From Actinomycetes bacterium (lineage in GTDB: Bacteria > Actinomycetota > Coriobacteriia > WRKU01 > WQUG01), in NCBI GenBank assembly GCA_031272275.1, contig JAISUC010000021.1, positions 7,490 through 71,489 of the forward strand: 64,000 nucleotides of DNA. The letters are read 5' to 3'. Shown piece after piece: positions 1-10,749 of the stretch. A program made the translations under genes and the position numbers. The notes under the pieces are model-generated. The model was not told the DNA's origin. It did no database searches and saw nothing but the letters and a program-made list of their open reading frames with translations. Position 1 is the first letter of the stretch. The number at the start of each line of letters is the position of its first letter.

Positions 1-38
1 GTTATTGCTTCTGTAAACTCTAGTTAAGGAGAGGATTT

Positions 39-1403
39 ATGTCACCACAAGAGAAGAAAGGCTATTACGGTTGGACAATCGTGTTCTGCTCTTTTATCGT
101 CATCTTCCTCAGCTTCTCCATCCGCGGTAGCTTTGGCGTGTTTATGCCGCAGATGCAGAAAGCTCTGGGATGGTCGGCGACAGCGCTGTCCGGCGGTATT
201 TCGATCTTTATGGTCGTGTATGGCATTTTCGCAATGATTTCCGGCATGGAGCTGGACAAGTTCGGGCCGAAACCCACTTTCCTGATCCATGGCATCCTGC
301 TGGGCCTGGGACTGTTCCTGGCCAGCTATTCAACCAAGCCCTGGCACTTCTATCTGACCTACGGCGTGATTTCCGGTATCGGTGCAGGCGCGTTGTTTGC
401 GCCCCCGACCCAGCTCGTCCGTAAGTGGTTCATCAAGGACTTGGGCAAGGCATTGGGCTTCACCACCGCCGGTTGTGGTCTGGGCTTCGGTCTGGCTCCG
501 CTGCTGGCAATGGTTATGATGGGCCCCCTGGGTTGGGACTGGTCCTTCTCTATGAAGGTTCTGGGTATCCTCCTGACTGTCGGTGTTGTGATCGTGGCGT
601 TCTTTACCAAGCCCACGCCTGAATCCATCGGGCTTCACCCGCCCGGATACGAAGAGGCTCAGGCCGCGGACAAGTCCGGTGGCACCTCGGCCAAGGCCGA
701 GTACAGCTTTACCCTGGGCGAGTCCCTGAAGACCTCCAGCTGGTGGCTGCTGGCAATTGCATGGTTCTGCTCGAACCTGTCCGAGTTCTGCTGCTTGACC
801 CACTCGCTGAACTACGCAAAGAAGGACTTGGTTCTGAACCCGAACATTCAGACCTACCTCTATGCACTGTCCGGTTTCGCCTACATGATTATCGGCCCCA
901 TCACCGGTGGTTTCATCGACCGCTTGACGGTCAAGTTCGCCGGTGACCAGCTGAAGGCCCGCAAGCGCTGCACCTTGATCTTCTACGGTTTGGCTGCGGT
1001 TGCCTGCGCCATCATGCTGGCAGGCGAGTTCATGCCTCACGGTACGCTGACCGAGGCCGGCGAAGTCGCCACTGCGGCTCCGTTCGCGACGCATGCGGTC
1101 TACACGCTGTACAGCCTGATCTTCGGTATCGCCTCCGGTTCCTACATTCCGTCCATCGTCGGTATCTCCGGCGTCATCTACGGACGCAAGTACGCCGGTT
1201 CCGTGTGGGGTACGCTTACCCTCATCGGAATGGGTGCCGGTGCCGGTCTCGGCCCGATCATGGCAGGTGCGCTGTATGACATCAGGGGCAGCTACCTGAT
1301 TCCGATCATCGTGGCCCTGGTTTCCTACGCTGCGGCAGCACTGCTGACCCAGACGCTCCACCGTCACAATCCGCCGGCTGATGCCGTCGCCCGTGGCGCG
1401 TAG
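39..1403 (+). CDS. MFS transporter (oxalate/formate antiporter-like family)
   Basis: 454 aa, about 12 hydrophobic segments, typical MFS N-terminus; RBS AGGAGAGG 7 nt upstream of ATG. Confidence 0.8.
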   Translation: MSPQEKKGYYGWTIVFCSFIVIFLSFSIRGSFGVFMPQMQKALGWSATALSGGISIFMVVYGIFAMISGMELDKFGPKPTFLIHGILLGLGLFLASYSTKPWHFYLTYGVISGIGAGALFAPPTQLVRKWFIKDLGKALGFTTAGCGLGFGLAPLLAMVMMGPLGWDWSFSMKVLGILLTVGVVIVAFFTKPTPESIGLHPPGYEEAQAADKSGGTSAKAEYSFTLGESLKTSSWWLLAIAWFCSNLSEFCCLTHSLNYAKKDLVLNPNIQTYLYALSGFAYMIIGPITGGFIDRLTVKFAGDQLKARKRCTLIFYGLAAVACAIMLAGEFMPHGTLTEAGEVATAAPFATHAVYTLYSLIFGIASGSYIPSIVGISGVIYGRKYAGSVWGTLTLIGMGAGAGLGPIMAGALYDIRGSYLIPIIVALVSYAAAALLTQTLHRHNPPADAVARGA

Positions 1404-1608
1404 TAACACTACTTGTACCACCCTTTGACGGCTGAGCCTCTCCTGCACCCGCCGTCGATTGTTTCAACACGTGTGTGGTCAGTCTGCCGAGTCTGAACCG
1501 CACAGCGCCTAGGAAGGGCGGGCGTCGTCTCCCGCCTGCCCTTTCAGGCGTACCCCCTGCAGGAGTACCTACAGTACTGCTCGTACTGAAGTAATACCGG
1601 GTTTACGG

Positions 1609-1660
1609 GAGTGCCGGTGTGGGGACAATCGAAAGATTGTACCAACCGGCACTCTTTTCA
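1609..1660 (+). terminator. Putative intrinsic terminator: 10-bp stem GAGTGCCGGT/ACCGGCACTC plus TTTTCA
   Basis: Perfect 10-bp inverted repeat with a 26-nt loop followed by a T-run, downstream of the MFS gene. Confidence 0.35.
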
Positions 1661-1840
1661 TACTGAAATGTGTCAGAAACTGGCACAAATAGAAGGCGAG
1701 ACAGACGTAACACAAACGTGAGACAATGCCAGTGTGGTAAGGTTCTGCCGGGCGTCCGGCAAACAGCGCATCCCCCGGATGCGGTCCAACTGGCACAGGC
1801 AGGTCGATGACGAATATCGACCGGACAGGAGCTGAGTATC

Positions 1841-2566
1841 GTGGAAGACACAAAAGACTATCTGGAAAAAATCGATCGGCTGTATGAAACGCTGCAGGAT
1901 GATGCAGCCGTGGAGGCCGCAATCAAGCAAATGATCGAGGACTATGCGGCAGAAAAGGGTACGGCTGATGCCGTATATGCAACCCTGAACAACGAGCTCG
2001 GTTCCTTTTACCGCCACCGCGAGCGCTACCCGGAAGGCGAAGCCGCCTTCCTGCAGGCCGTTGAGACCTTGACCGCGCTCGGGGATATCGCCGAAACCGA
2101 ACTTGCGGTGACGCGCAATAACCTGGCGGAGCTCTATCGCCTGCAGGGCAAACTGGACCAGGCCGAAGAACAACTGACCGCATCCCTGGAGGTCTTCATC
2201 GCCGCCGGAAACGATCAGGTGGTTCCCTATGCCGCCGCATTGAACTATTTGGGTCATGTAAAGCTGGACCGCGGCCTGTTCGACGAAGCCGTCGACAACT
2301 ACGAGCGCAGTCGCGATCTGTTGATTCGCACCGATGGCCCCACCTTTATGCTGATCACCGCCTATGCGAACCTGGTGTCCGCCTTCATCAAAGAGGGTAG
2401 GCTCCGCAAAGCGGTATCGACCGTCGACGAGGCACAGCAGCAGCTGGGAGACGCCGGCAACGATAACGATCAGTTCAAGATGCTGATTACGCTGCGCGGT
2501 GTGCTGGAAGACCAGGCAAACCAGCTGGGTCTGCCCGACGAAGAAGAAGGCATCTGCATGAAATAA
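1841..2566 (+). CDS. Tetratricopeptide-repeat protein
   Basis: GTG start after GGAGCTGAG; TPR-like helical repeats (AELYRLQGKLDQAEEQL, ALNYLGHVKLDRGLFDEA). Confidence 0.6.
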   Translation: MEDTKDYLEKIDRLYETLQDDAAVEAAIKQMIEDYAAEKGTADAVYATLNNELGSFYRHRERYPEGEAAFLQAVETLTALGDIAETELAVTRNNLAELYRLQGKLDQAEEQLTASLEVFIAAGNDQVVPYAAALNYLGHVKLDRGLFDEAVDNYERSRDLLIRTDGPTFMLITAYANLVSAFIKEGRLRKAVSTVDEAQQQLGDAGNDNDQFKMLITLRGVLEDQANQLGLPDEEEGICMK

Positions 2567-2608
2567 CCGGCACGGCCCCCGCTTGCCCGACTTTGACAGC
2601 ACGAAGGG

Positions 2609-2654
2609 GATTGAATCCGAATAAAAAGCTTCACAGCTTTTTCTCGGATCAATC
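2609..2654. terminator. Long AT-rich hairpin, bidirectional terminator-like (AAAAAGCT-tcac-AGCTTTTT core)
   Basis: About 20-bp imperfect stem GATTGAATCCGAATAAAAAGCT / AGCTTTTTCTCGGATCAATC; same architecture as the hairpins at 15349-15485. Confidence 0.5.
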
Positions 2655-2719
2655 CTTTCCGGATACCGCCGGGGGGCACTCCGTGCCCCCGCCGATTAAC
2701 GATTGAAAGTGGTGTTGCT

Positions 2720-3379
2720 ATGAGTACGTATGATTTCAGCTATTTGCGTGAATGTCCCGAGGTCGACGAAGTCACCGTAGAGATCGTCGGTCTGGAATGG
2801 GATATGTTCTCGACTGTTGATAACCGCGGCGGCAAAGCCAACTGCCAGGAAAACCCGCGCGAGTTCGGCGAAATGCGCGCGGCACAACTGTACGGCTGGA
2901 CGCCCGAACTGAAAAACGCCTGGCGCATGGACCTGTTGCAGGCAAGCGTCGAGGATCGCAACCTCATGAGCGAGAAATATGCGCGCATGATGGAAAGCTC
3001 ATTTCCCGAGGAATATGCCCGCATCGAGCACCTGCTGCCCAAACTGTCTTCGCAGCAAAAGGAGGGCATTGAGCGCTTGGTCGAAATCGTCGTCGGCTGG
3101 GCTGAGGAAACCGCGCGCGACTACCCCGCAATCGCCGGTGCCGGCCGCCCCTTGCACACATCCGAGGACAAGCCCTGGGCCACATCCATCGAGACCTACG
3201 CGCGCGGCGAGTATTCCACCTGGTCGCTGCACACGATCAACTGCGCGGTGAAATGCTACGAGTTGGCGCTGGAAAACGACATCAACCTGCAGCAAAAGGC
3301 CGATTACTTCGTGGCGCGTATGCGCGGCTACAATTCGCTGGAAGAGGCCGAAGAAGCCGCCGCGGGCAGGCAGGCATAA
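2720..3379 (+). CDS. Hypothetical protein (conserved-looking, no function assigned)
   Basis: 219 aa ORF on the coding strand of its neighbours; no motif recognised. Confidence 0.5.
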   Translation: MSTYDFSYLRECPEVDEVTVEIVGLEWDMFSTVDNRGGKANCQENPREFGEMRAAQLYGWTPELKNAWRMDLLQASVEDRNLMSEKYARMMESSFPEEYARIEHLLPKLSSQQKEGIERLVEIVVGWAEETARDYPAIAGAGRPLHTSEDKPWATSIETYARGEYSTWSLHTINCAVKCYELALENDINLQQKADYFVARMRGYNSLEEAEEAAAGRQA

Positions 3380-3431
3380 GCAGGAACTCCCGGGCATCAA
3401 CTCCCCCGGATATGATGCTCTTGTGAAGTGA

Positions 3432-3462
3432 TAGCACTCATAAAATCTATGTGTGCTATACT
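3432..3462 (+). promoter_or_regulatory. CIRCE-like inverted repeat (TAGCACTC-N9-GTGTGCTA) overlapping an extended -10 TGCTATACT, upstream of clpC
   Basis: Left arm matches the CIRCE consensus TTAGCACTC in 8 of 9 positions and the right arm matches GAGTGCTAA in 7 of 9; the arms are inverted with one mismatch; TGcTATACT at 3454-3462. Confidence 0.45.
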
Positions 3463-3565
3463 TACATTTCAAACACAGAAGTGTAAGACCGACCGACAGA
3501 AAAGCGATACAATCAGGTCAGGGACCGACCTGCAGGGACAATCGCGCTGAAGGAAGTGTGAAGCT

Positions 3566-6118
3566 ATGGCTGAGAATTTCAACTTGTTCGACCGTTTTAC
3601 CGAGGAAGCGAAACGCGCTATTTCCGGCTCGCAGGAAGAGGCGCGCGCACTGATGCAGGATCACGTGGGGACCGAGCATCTTTTGCTGGGACTGATTCAC
3701 AACCCCGGCGTCGTGACCGATGTGCTGGGCGAACTGGACATTGCCCCCGAAGATCTGCGTCTGATGGTCGAGCGCATGAACGAGCGCGCCGAATCGGCTC
3801 CTCCCGGAAACCTGAACTTCACACCCCGCGCGAAACACGTGATCGAGCTCTCAATGCGCGAGGCGATGCGTTTCGGGCACGAATACGTGGGACCCGAACA
3901 CTTGCTGTTGGGCATCTTGGACGAGCCCGACGGCACCGCCGCGCGTGTGCTGGTGAACTTGGGCGGGGACCTGGACCATATCCGCGCGACCATCGTGCAG
4001 GTGCTCTCGACGGCGCACGCCGGTGCCGATGCGGGACCGGGCGGTCGCAGCATGTCGATGCTCGACGAGTTCGGGCGCAACCTGACCGCAGAGGCACAGG
4101 ACGGCAAACTGGACCCGGTTATCGGGCGCACGCGTGAAATCGAGCGCGTGGTGCAGATTCTGTCGCGCCGCATGAAAAACAACCCCGTGCTGATCGGAGA
4201 GCCCGGCGTCGGTAAAACCGCCATTGTCGAGGGCTTGGCACAGCTGATCGCGGCAGACCTGGTGCCCGAGACCCTGCACGGCAAGCAAGTCTATTCACTC
4301 GACATCAGCGGCATGGTCGCGGGCAGTAAGTACCGCGGCGAATTCGAAGAACGCATGAAGCGCGTGATCGAAGAAATCCGCAAACGCGGTGACGTCATCA
4401 TCTTCATCGACGAAATCCACATGCTGGTAGGTTCCGGTTCTGCCGAGGGCTCGATTGACGGCGCGAACATCTTGAAGCCATCGCTTGCCCGTGGAGAGTT
4501 CCAGACGATTGGTGCCACCACCATCGAGGAGTACCGCAAATACATCGAAAAGGACGCCGCGCTGGAACGTCGTTTCCAGCAGGTCCAGGTAAACGAGCCC
4601 ACCAATCCCGAAACGCTGAAAATACTGCAGGGCATCATCGACCGTTACGAGGCATTCCACTGTGTCCATTACACAGAGGCCGCACTGGCCAGTGCCGTGA
4701 CACTCGCGGATCGCTATATTTCCGATCGCTTTATGCCGGACAAGGCCGTCGACCTGATTGACGAGGCGGGCGCGAAACTGCGCATCCAGCGTGCCACCGT
4801 CAGCCCCGAGATTCGCGAGCTGGACAAAAAGATCGAGGCCATCGACGCCGATAAGGAAACCGCGATTATCGCCGGCGAATATGAAAAGGCCTCGCGCCTG
4901 CGCGATGAGGTCAGCACGCTGATTTCCGAGCGCAAGAAACTGATCAAGAAATGGAAAAAGGACGGCGAAGACAATCCCGCCGTGGTGACGCCGTCTGAAA
5001 TTGCCGAGGTCCTGTCGGTCTGGACCGGGATTCCGGTGTCCGACCTGACCGTCGAGGAAAGCAAGCGCCTGATGCAGCTGGAATCCGAACTGCATAAACG
5101 CGTCGTCGGCCAAGACCGGGCAATCGAGGTCGTCAGCCGTGCGATACGCCGCGGTCGTGCGGGGCTCAAGGATCCGCGCCGCCCGGGTGGCAGCTTTATC
5201 TTCCTGGGCCCTAGCGGCGTGGGAAAGACCGAGGCCGCCAAGGCCTTGGCAGAGGTCGTATTCGGCAGCGAATCCGCGCTTATCTCGCTCGACATGAGCG
5301 AATACATGGAAAAGCACTCCATCTCGCGTCTGGTGGGATCACCTCCGGGATACATCGGATATGACGAGGGCGGTCAGCTGACCGAGCGCGTGCGTCGCCG
5401 CCCCTACAGTCTGATCTTGTTCGACGAGATTGAAAAGGCGCACCCGGATGTCTTTAACCTGTTGCTGCAGATTCTGGAAGAGGGCCGTTTGACCGACGGT
5501 CAGGGCCGCACGGTGGATTTCCGCAACACCATACTGATCATGACGTCAAACATCGGGGCGCGCAATATCACCAAGGGCGTGACTTTGGGCTTTTCGATGG
5601 AGCGCGACGAGTTCAGTCAGGACGCCGTGCGTGACAAGGTGACCAGTGAACTGAAAGACCTGTTCCGACCCGAGTTTCTGAACCGCTTGGACGAGGTCGT
5701 GGTGTTTGACGCCCTGACGCGCGATCAAATCGGCGAGATCGTCGACATCATGATCAAGACCACCCAGGACCAGCTGGCTCTGCACGGGCTGTTGCTGCAG
5801 CTGACGGATGGCGCGCGGAACTTCTTGGCGGATCACGGATTCGACAAGGCATCCGGTGCCCGTCCGCTGCGTCGCGCGATTCAGCGCTACATCGATGACG
5901 TCTTGAGCGAAGAGCTCCTCAGCGGGAAATGGGAGGCAGGCGACGTGATCGAGGCGCTGTTTGACGAAACGGCGGCAGAACCGCGCCTGCGTTTCGAGAA
6001 AGTCGAAGGCGCCGAGGGCATCCAACCGGTCGTCGGCGACCTGATGCCCGATGAATCCGCATCAACCCGGACTAAATCGCGTCGACGCACCCCGGCATCC
6101 GCCGGATCTGCCGCATAG
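3566..6118 (+). CDS. clpC: ATP-dependent Clp protease ATP-binding subunit ClpC
   Basis: 850 aa; two Clp_N repeats, two AAA+ modules (GEPGVGKT and GPSGVGKT), UVR-like linker; RBS GAAGGAAG. Confidence 0.95.
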   Translation: MAENFNLFDRFTEEAKRAISGSQEEARALMQDHVGTEHLLLGLIHNPGVVTDVLGELDIAPEDLRLMVERMNERAESAPPGNLNFTPRAKHVIELSMREAMRFGHEYVGPEHLLLGILDEPDGTAARVLVNLGGDLDHIRATIVQVLSTAHAGADAGPGGRSMSMLDEFGRNLTAEAQDGKLDPVIGRTREIERVVQILSRRMKNNPVLIGEPGVGKTAIVEGLAQLIAADLVPETLHGKQVYSLDISGMVAGSKYRGEFEERMKRVIEEIRKRGDVIIFIDEIHMLVGSGSAEGSIDGANILKPSLARGEFQTIGATTIEEYRKYIEKDAALERRFQQVQVNEPTNPETLKILQGIIDRYEAFHCVHYTEAALASAVTLADRYISDRFMPDKAVDLIDEAGAKLRIQRATVSPEIRELDKKIEAIDADKETAIIAGEYEKASRLRDEVSTLISERKKLIKKWKKDGEDNPAVVTPSEIAEVLSVWTGIPVSDLTVEESKRLMQLESELHKRVVGQDRAIEVVSRAIRRGRAGLKDPRRPGGSFIFLGPSGVGKTEAAKALAEVVFGSESALISLDMSEYMEKHSISRLVGSPPGYIGYDEGGQLTERVRRRPYSLILFDEIEKAHPDVFNLLLQILEEGRLTDGQGRTVDFRNTILIMTSNIGARNITKGVTLGFSMERDEFSQDAVRDKVTSELKDLFRPEFLNRLDEVVVFDALTRDQIGEIVDIMIKTTQDQLALHGLLLQLTDGARNFLADHGFDKASGARPLRRAIQRYIDDVLSEELLSGKWEAGDVIEALFDETAAEPRLRFEKVEGAEGIQPVVGDLMPDESASTRTKSRRRTPASAGSAA

Positions 6119-6232
6119 GCACGCTCACGCAAACACTGCAAGCGGGCAGCACACACGCTGCCCGCTTGTGTTAATTCTAGGTAAATTCTTCATAATTTCT
6201 AACTGTATACTGTCGACAGTTTTGGTTTTTTG

Positions 6233-6318
6233 TGGTATAAACTATACCCATGGGGGGACCTCATCTACCCCCACGCACCCGAGGGCGGTTCTTCCCACCG
6301 GACCGCCCTCATTCTCTT
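6233..6318 (+). repeat. Repeat unit A: AT-rich box, hairpin GGGGGGAcctcatctaCCCCC, hairpin GGGCGGTtcttcccaccggACCGCCC
   Basis: Near-identical to unit C at 6451-6540; direct observation. Confidence 0.7.
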
Positions 6319-6352
6319 GCCAATCATAAAGGCGACGGGAGCGTGGTGCACT

Positions 6353-6390
6353 GGGCGGTTCTTCCCACCGAACCGCCCTCATTTTTTGCC
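6353..6390 (+). terminator. Partial copy B of the second hairpin plus a T-run (terminator-like)
   Basis: GGGCGGTTCTTCCCACCGAACCGCCC followed by TCATTTTTTGCC. Confidence 0.55.
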
Positions 6391-6450
6391 GCTCACCGAT
6401 GATTCGTTCAGATTGTCCCTGAATTTCCCGGAAAACCGTTTTGTTATGTT

Positions 6451-6540
6451 ATAACTATATGCATGGGGGGACCTCATCTACCCCCACGCACCCACGGGCG
6501 ATTCATCCCACCGGATCGCCCGCACTTCTTTTTTTGGGTC
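6451..6540 (+). repeat. Repeat unit C (second full copy) ending in hairpin plus T7 (terminator-like)
   Basis: ataactatatgCATGGGGGGACCTCATCTACCCCCACGCACCC...GGGCGATTCATCCCACCGGATCGCCC GCACTTCTTTTTTTGG. Confidence 0.7.
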
Positions 6541-6664
6541 TTTCCCCGGGTCTTTATTGTGGTCTTTTGGACCCGGAACCGGTCGTCGATAGTGTCCGGC
6601 ATATATCCGGCACCTCCCCGGACCACGGGCGCTAACCCCGGATCACTCCGAACCAACCGGGTCG

Positions 6665-7797
6665 CTATTCACCGATCAGCCAACGGGTGGCACGGAAACG
6701 TGCGAGCCCTGCCGACAGCACAAACGATACCACCAACAGTACCGCCCACAGCCCCAAAACAGGCAGCAAACCGGCCCATACACGCGCGTGCGCCGGCAAC
6801 AGCGCCTGAGCCGCAACCAGCAACAGCGGATGCACGAAATACACTCCGAACGACAGCGCCGACAGGCGCGTCAGCGGACGTTCGATCCGCCGCCAGACAG
6901 GCTCCAATGCCACCGCAACGGCGATCATGAACAACAACAAAACAGGGTACTTCAACGTCGCCAGCCAGCGTTTGGGCTGCAACAGGAACAGCGCGGCGGC
7001 GGCAGTATCACCGGCCGTGTCCGTTGCCGCTGAATCCGGGCGGTCCGGGCTACCGTCGCCGTCACTTAAGCGATTAACAGTGCGAGTTATCAACTCCCCC
7101 CATCGAATTGCCACCCACGCCCCCAGCATCATATGCGGCAGATGCACCAGCAGGTGTACCAACCACGCGTAGACGTCTGACTGCAGCTGTGTTTGCATCC
7201 AGGGGTTCACGGCGGGAAACAGCCCGACCTTTATGACCAGCGTGACGACGACCAGCAGCTCCGGGCACCACCGGCGCCACCGCAGCATACGGTCAACCAC
7301 CGGTGCCATCGCATACAAGGTCAGCAGCATGGGGACGAAATACAGGTGATACCACACGCGCCCGGACAGCAGCCGTAACAACAGCTCACCGATATGTGCG
7401 GCGTCACGCGGGACGTCTTGCAGCCAGCCGGTGCGGGCCGCCGGCAACAGCAATGCTGCAACCGCGTATAGCACAAACCACGCCAGATAGGGCAGACCCA
7501 CCCGAGTCAGGCGTCGGCGCATAAACCGCACGTAGGCGCCGCGTTCGCGCGCGAAGGGGCGGCCCCAAACCAGAATGCCCGACAGAAAGACCAGCAGCGG
7601 CACCGTGAAATGCAGCGCCGAATCCAGCGCCGCGACCGCACTGCCGCCGGCACCGCTATCGGTACCGGTCCCGCCGCCCGCAAAGCCGCGGGCCGTCATG
7701 CAGGCGTGTATTCCCACCACCGCACACATCGCAACCACGCGCAGCGCGTCATATCCCAGGACTCGTCGTTTGCCGCCGTTTGCCGTCATGCCACCCA
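6665..7797 (-). CDS. Acyltransferase family 3 (OatA-like) integral membrane protein
   Basis: The ORF is open to 8074, but the acyltransferase-3 homology (RRVLGYDALRVVAMCAVVGIHA) starts at the Met near 7797; about 10 TM helices. Confidence 0.65.
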
Positions 7798-7936
7798 TTG
7801 TCGCATGTCGCCCCGGTCTTTGCCCCATTCCTTGCCGCAATCCCCGCTGCAACCGCGGCTCCGCTCGGCAAATTCCCGCAAAAATACCTGCGGCCCCCTT
7901 GACAGCGCCCGCGAAAACCAGCACACTTGAACAGGT

Positions 7937-8044
7937 ATGAAAACGCTGCACACCGATATCACTTCGTTCGAACTGGCATTGCTCGGCCTTCCCTGCCTTA
8001 TCGCCGGCGGTCTGCTTGTGGGCGATAAGGGGACAGGACACTAA
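7937..8044 (+). other. Possible 35-aa leader peptide ORF followed by five GAACGAT direct repeats
   Basis: ATG..TAA ORF MKTLHTDITSFELALLGLPCLIAGGLLVGDKGTGH; the repeats run 8078-8150; speculative. Confidence 0.2.
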
Positions 8045-8165
8045 AGGACGGAGCCGGACGAACAGCAGCGTCATTCCCTAAACGATTGATCTGAACGATG
8101 ACCTGAACGATTGGAACGACTGAACGATTAACATCGTTTGAACATCGTGAAGGTACAGAGGGACG

Positions 8166-8199
8166 AAGGCTCCGTTGCACAGCGGAGCCTTCATTTTTT
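8166..8199 (+). terminator. Intrinsic terminator (AAGGCTCCG-ttgcacag-CGGAGCCTT plus CATTTTTTGG)
   Basis: 9-bp perfect stem plus a T6 run immediately upstream of the XRE-cupin gene; possible attenuator. Confidence 0.6.
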
Positions 8200-8243
8200 G
8201 GGCTCGAACACCACCGACGACCACGAAAGGACCGACACGAACC

Positions 8244-8855
8244 ATGACACCGAACAGTGAAAATGTCACCGCACCCGCAGGCGCCCAGGCCCTAAGCCAC
8301 GTGGGCAACCGCATCCGCACGCTGCGCGAAACGCATCGCGTCACCATCGACCAGCTGGCGGAACGCGCCGGGATGGACGCGGCCGAACTGACCGCCATCG
8401 AGGAATCGAACACCGCCCCCAGTCTGTCGCCGCTGATTAAAATCGCGCGCGCACTGGGCATGCGCCTGGGCACGCTGCTGGACGACGACAACGGCATGGG
8501 ACCTGCAATTACGCGCGCCGCCGACCTGGACAGCGGCAGCAAACGCGGCGCCCTGGAAACCGGCACCAGTGACGCCCCGCTGGATTTCTTCAGCCTGGCA
8601 GAGGGCAAAATTAGCCGTCACATGGACCCCTTCATCATCGACGTCGCGCCCAACACACCGCGCAACCTGGACACCCACGAGGGCGAGGAATTCATCTATT
8701 GCATGTCGGGCGCCATCAAAATCGAATACGGCAAAGACTCCTACCTGCTGGGCCCGGGCGACAGCATCTACTATGACACCGTCGTGCCCCATCAGGTCCG
8801 CGGCGCGGGCGACGGCATTTCGCGCATCCTGGCCTGCGTCTACACGCCGGCATAA
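8244..8855 (+). CDS. XRE-family HTH transcriptional regulator with C-terminal cupin domain
   Basis: HTH_3 motif ([30 protein letters not shown]); cupin motif ([19 protein letters not shown]...GDSIYYD..VPH); ATG preceded by AAAGGA. Confidence 0.75.
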   Translation: MTPNSENVTAPAGAQALSHVGNRIRTLRETHRVTIDQLAERAGMDAAELTAIEESNTAPSLSPLIKIARALGMRLGTLLDDDNGMGPAITRAADLDSGSKRGALETGTSDAPLDFFSLAEGKISRHMDPFIIDVAPNTPRNLDTHEGEEFIYCMSGAIKIEYGKDSYLLGPGDSIYYDTVVPHQVRGAGDGISRILACVYTPA

Positions 8856-8868
8856 GGGGGGGAGTCAG

Positions 8869-10674
8869 ATGTCTACACCTGATTACACAATCCCGGTCAA
8901 CCTGGCGGTCCACCGCGCGGTTGCTGAAAAACTGGGTCGCGACCTGTCGGTCTACGAGGAACCGGACATCGTAAAGGCGCAACCGCGCTACACCGGCCCC
9001 TTCACCGATCTGACGATCGGCGCGTTCCTGGAAAAAGAGGTCGCCGAACATCCCGACCGGGACTTTCTGGTCATGCCCGACCGGGGGCTGCGCTGGTCAT
9101 ATGCCGAATTCAACGACCGGGTGAACGCGCTGGCAAAGGGCCTGTTGGCCATCGGCATGAAAAAGGGAATGCACCTGGGCGTGTGGGCGCGTAACGTGCC
9201 GGATTGGCTGACCTTTATGTATGCCTGCGCGAAAATCGGCGTGGTGTTCGTGACCATGAACAGCGCCTATAAAAGCCACGAGCTGGCATACGTGCTGGAC
9301 CAGTCCGACATGGATGCGCTGGCCGTCATCGATGCCTTCCGCGATGTCGATTACGTCGAGACCATCCGCGAGCTGGTACCCGAATCAACCACGCAGCCGC
9401 GCGGGTATCTGCACAGCGAACGCTTCCCATTTTTGAAATGGCTGATTTACATGGGACCGGAGAAGCATCGCGGCTTTTTCAGCATGCCGGAACTGCTGCT
9501 GCTGGGCGAACACACCGATGATGTGGCGGTGATGGAGGCGTTGGCGGATACGCACCCCGACGACGTGATCAACATGCAGTACACCAGCGGCACCACCGGC
9601 TTTCCCAAAGGCGTGCAGCTGTCGCACAGAAATATTTTGAATGACGGCTACTTTATCGGCGAACGCCAGCATTTCACCGGCGCGGACCGAGTCTGTCTGC
9701 CTGTGCCGCTGTTCCATTGTTTTGGTTGCGTGCTGGGCATGATGGCGATTCTGACCCACGGGGCGACACACGTCATGCTGGAGGAATTCAACGCATTTCT
9801 GGTGTTGTCCGCCATCGAAAAGGAACGCGCGACGGCTGTCTACGGGGTACCGACCATGTTCATCGCCGAACTGGACCACCCGGCATTCGACAGCTTTGAC
9901 CTGACCAGCCTGCGAACCGGCATCATGGCGGGCTCGACCTGCCCGATCGAGACTATGCGGCAGGTCATGGACCGCATGCACATGCCCGAAATCACCATCA
10001 GTTACGGGCTGACCGAAACCAGCCCGGTGTTCATCATGAGCCACGCCGACGACACCGCCGAGCGCAAGGCCGAAACCATCGGCACGGTCATGCCGCACGC
10101 CGACGTGCGTGTCATCGACCCCGAAACCGGAAAGATCTGTGGTCCGGGCGAGGTGGGCGAGCTGTGCTGCCGGGGATACCAGGTCATGAAGGGCTACTAT
10201 AAGATGCCCCAGGCCACGGCAGAGGCCATCGACGCGGACGGGTTTTTGCATTCCGGCGACCTGGGGTGGTATGACGAAGAGGGTTACTATCGCGTGTCGG
10301 GTCGCATCAAAGACATGATCATCCGCGGTGGAGAGAACATATACCCGCGCGAGATCGAGGAGTTTCTCTATACGCTCCCCGAAATCAAAGACGTCCAAGT
10401 GGTGGCCGCCCCGGACGGCAAATACGGCGAGCTGCCGGCCGCGTTCATCATCTTGAATGAAGGCACCGAACTGACCGAAACGGATGTCAAAGAGGCCTGC
10501 TACAAGCGCATGGCACGGTTCAAGGCACCGAAATACGTGCTGTTTGTCGACGAATTCCCGCTGACGACTTCGGGGAAAATTATGAAGTTCAAGATGCGTG
10601 AAATGATAGCGGAAATGTTGGCAAATGGTGAAATCGAGGCCGCGCCCACCTATGATACAATTGCCGCACAATGA
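8869..10674 (+). CDS. AMP-dependent synthetase/ligase (acyl-CoA synthetase family)
   Basis: AMP-binding signature [20 protein letters not shown] plus GYGLTETSP and [15 protein letters not shown]; strong RBS GGGGGGAG; the ORF-track N-terminal extension was rejected. Confidence 0.85.
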   Translation: MSTPDYTIPVNLAVHRAVAEKLGRDLSVYEEPDIVKAQPRYTGPFTDLTIGAFLEKEVAEHPDRDFLVMPDRGLRWSYAEFNDRVNALAKGLLAIGMKKGMHLGVWARNVPDWLTFMYACAKIGVVFVTMNSAYKSHELAYVLDQSDMDALAVIDAFRDVDYVETIRELVPESTTQPRGYLHSERFPFLKWLIYMGPEKHRGFFSMPELLLLGEHTDDVAVMEALADTHPDDVINMQYTSGTTGFPKGVQLSHRNILNDGYFIGERQHFTGADRVCLPVPLFHCFGCVLGMMAILTHGATHVMLEEFNAFLVLSAIEKERATAVYGVPTMFIAELDHPAFDSFDLTSLRTGIMAGSTCPIETMRQVMDRMHMPEITISYGLTETSPVFIMSHADDTAERKAETIGTVMPHADVRVIDPETGKICGPGEVGELCCRGYQVMKGYYKMPQATAEAIDADGFLHSGDLGWYDEEGYYRVSGRIKDMIIRGGENIYPREIEEFLYTLPEIKDVQVVAAPDGKYGELPAAFIILNEGTELTETDVKEACYKRMARFKAPKYVLFVDEFPLTTSGKIMKFKMREMIAEMLANGEIEAAPTYDTIAAQ

Positions 10675-10749
10675 GTGCGCAGAGGTAACATTAGGACGAC
10701 TGCGGGGCTCCGGAACGAACGATAGAACGAACGACAGAAAGGTACGAGG

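Noticed and set aside
330-1448. Long antisense ORFs opposite the MFS, TPR, clpC, acyl-CoA ligase, fusA, surface peptidase and other genes (for example 1673-2602, 4295-5317, 9385-10671, 40767-42602, 57827-59176)
   Set aside because: These are typical stop-codon-poor antisense frames of high-GC genes. Their sequences are low-complexity and Arg/Ala/Gly-rich with no recognisable domains.
6051-6635. Short ORFs (92, 74 and 64 aa) in the repeat region after clpC
   Set aside because: Their similarity to each other reflects the DNA repeat. They have no RBS, and the hairpin and terminator architecture is better explained as RNA or regulatory.
8569-8868. N-terminal extension of the acyl-CoA ligase ORF (ORF-track start 8569)
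   Set aside because: The extension overlaps the XRE-cupin gene in another frame. AMP-ligase homology and a strong RBS begin at 8869.
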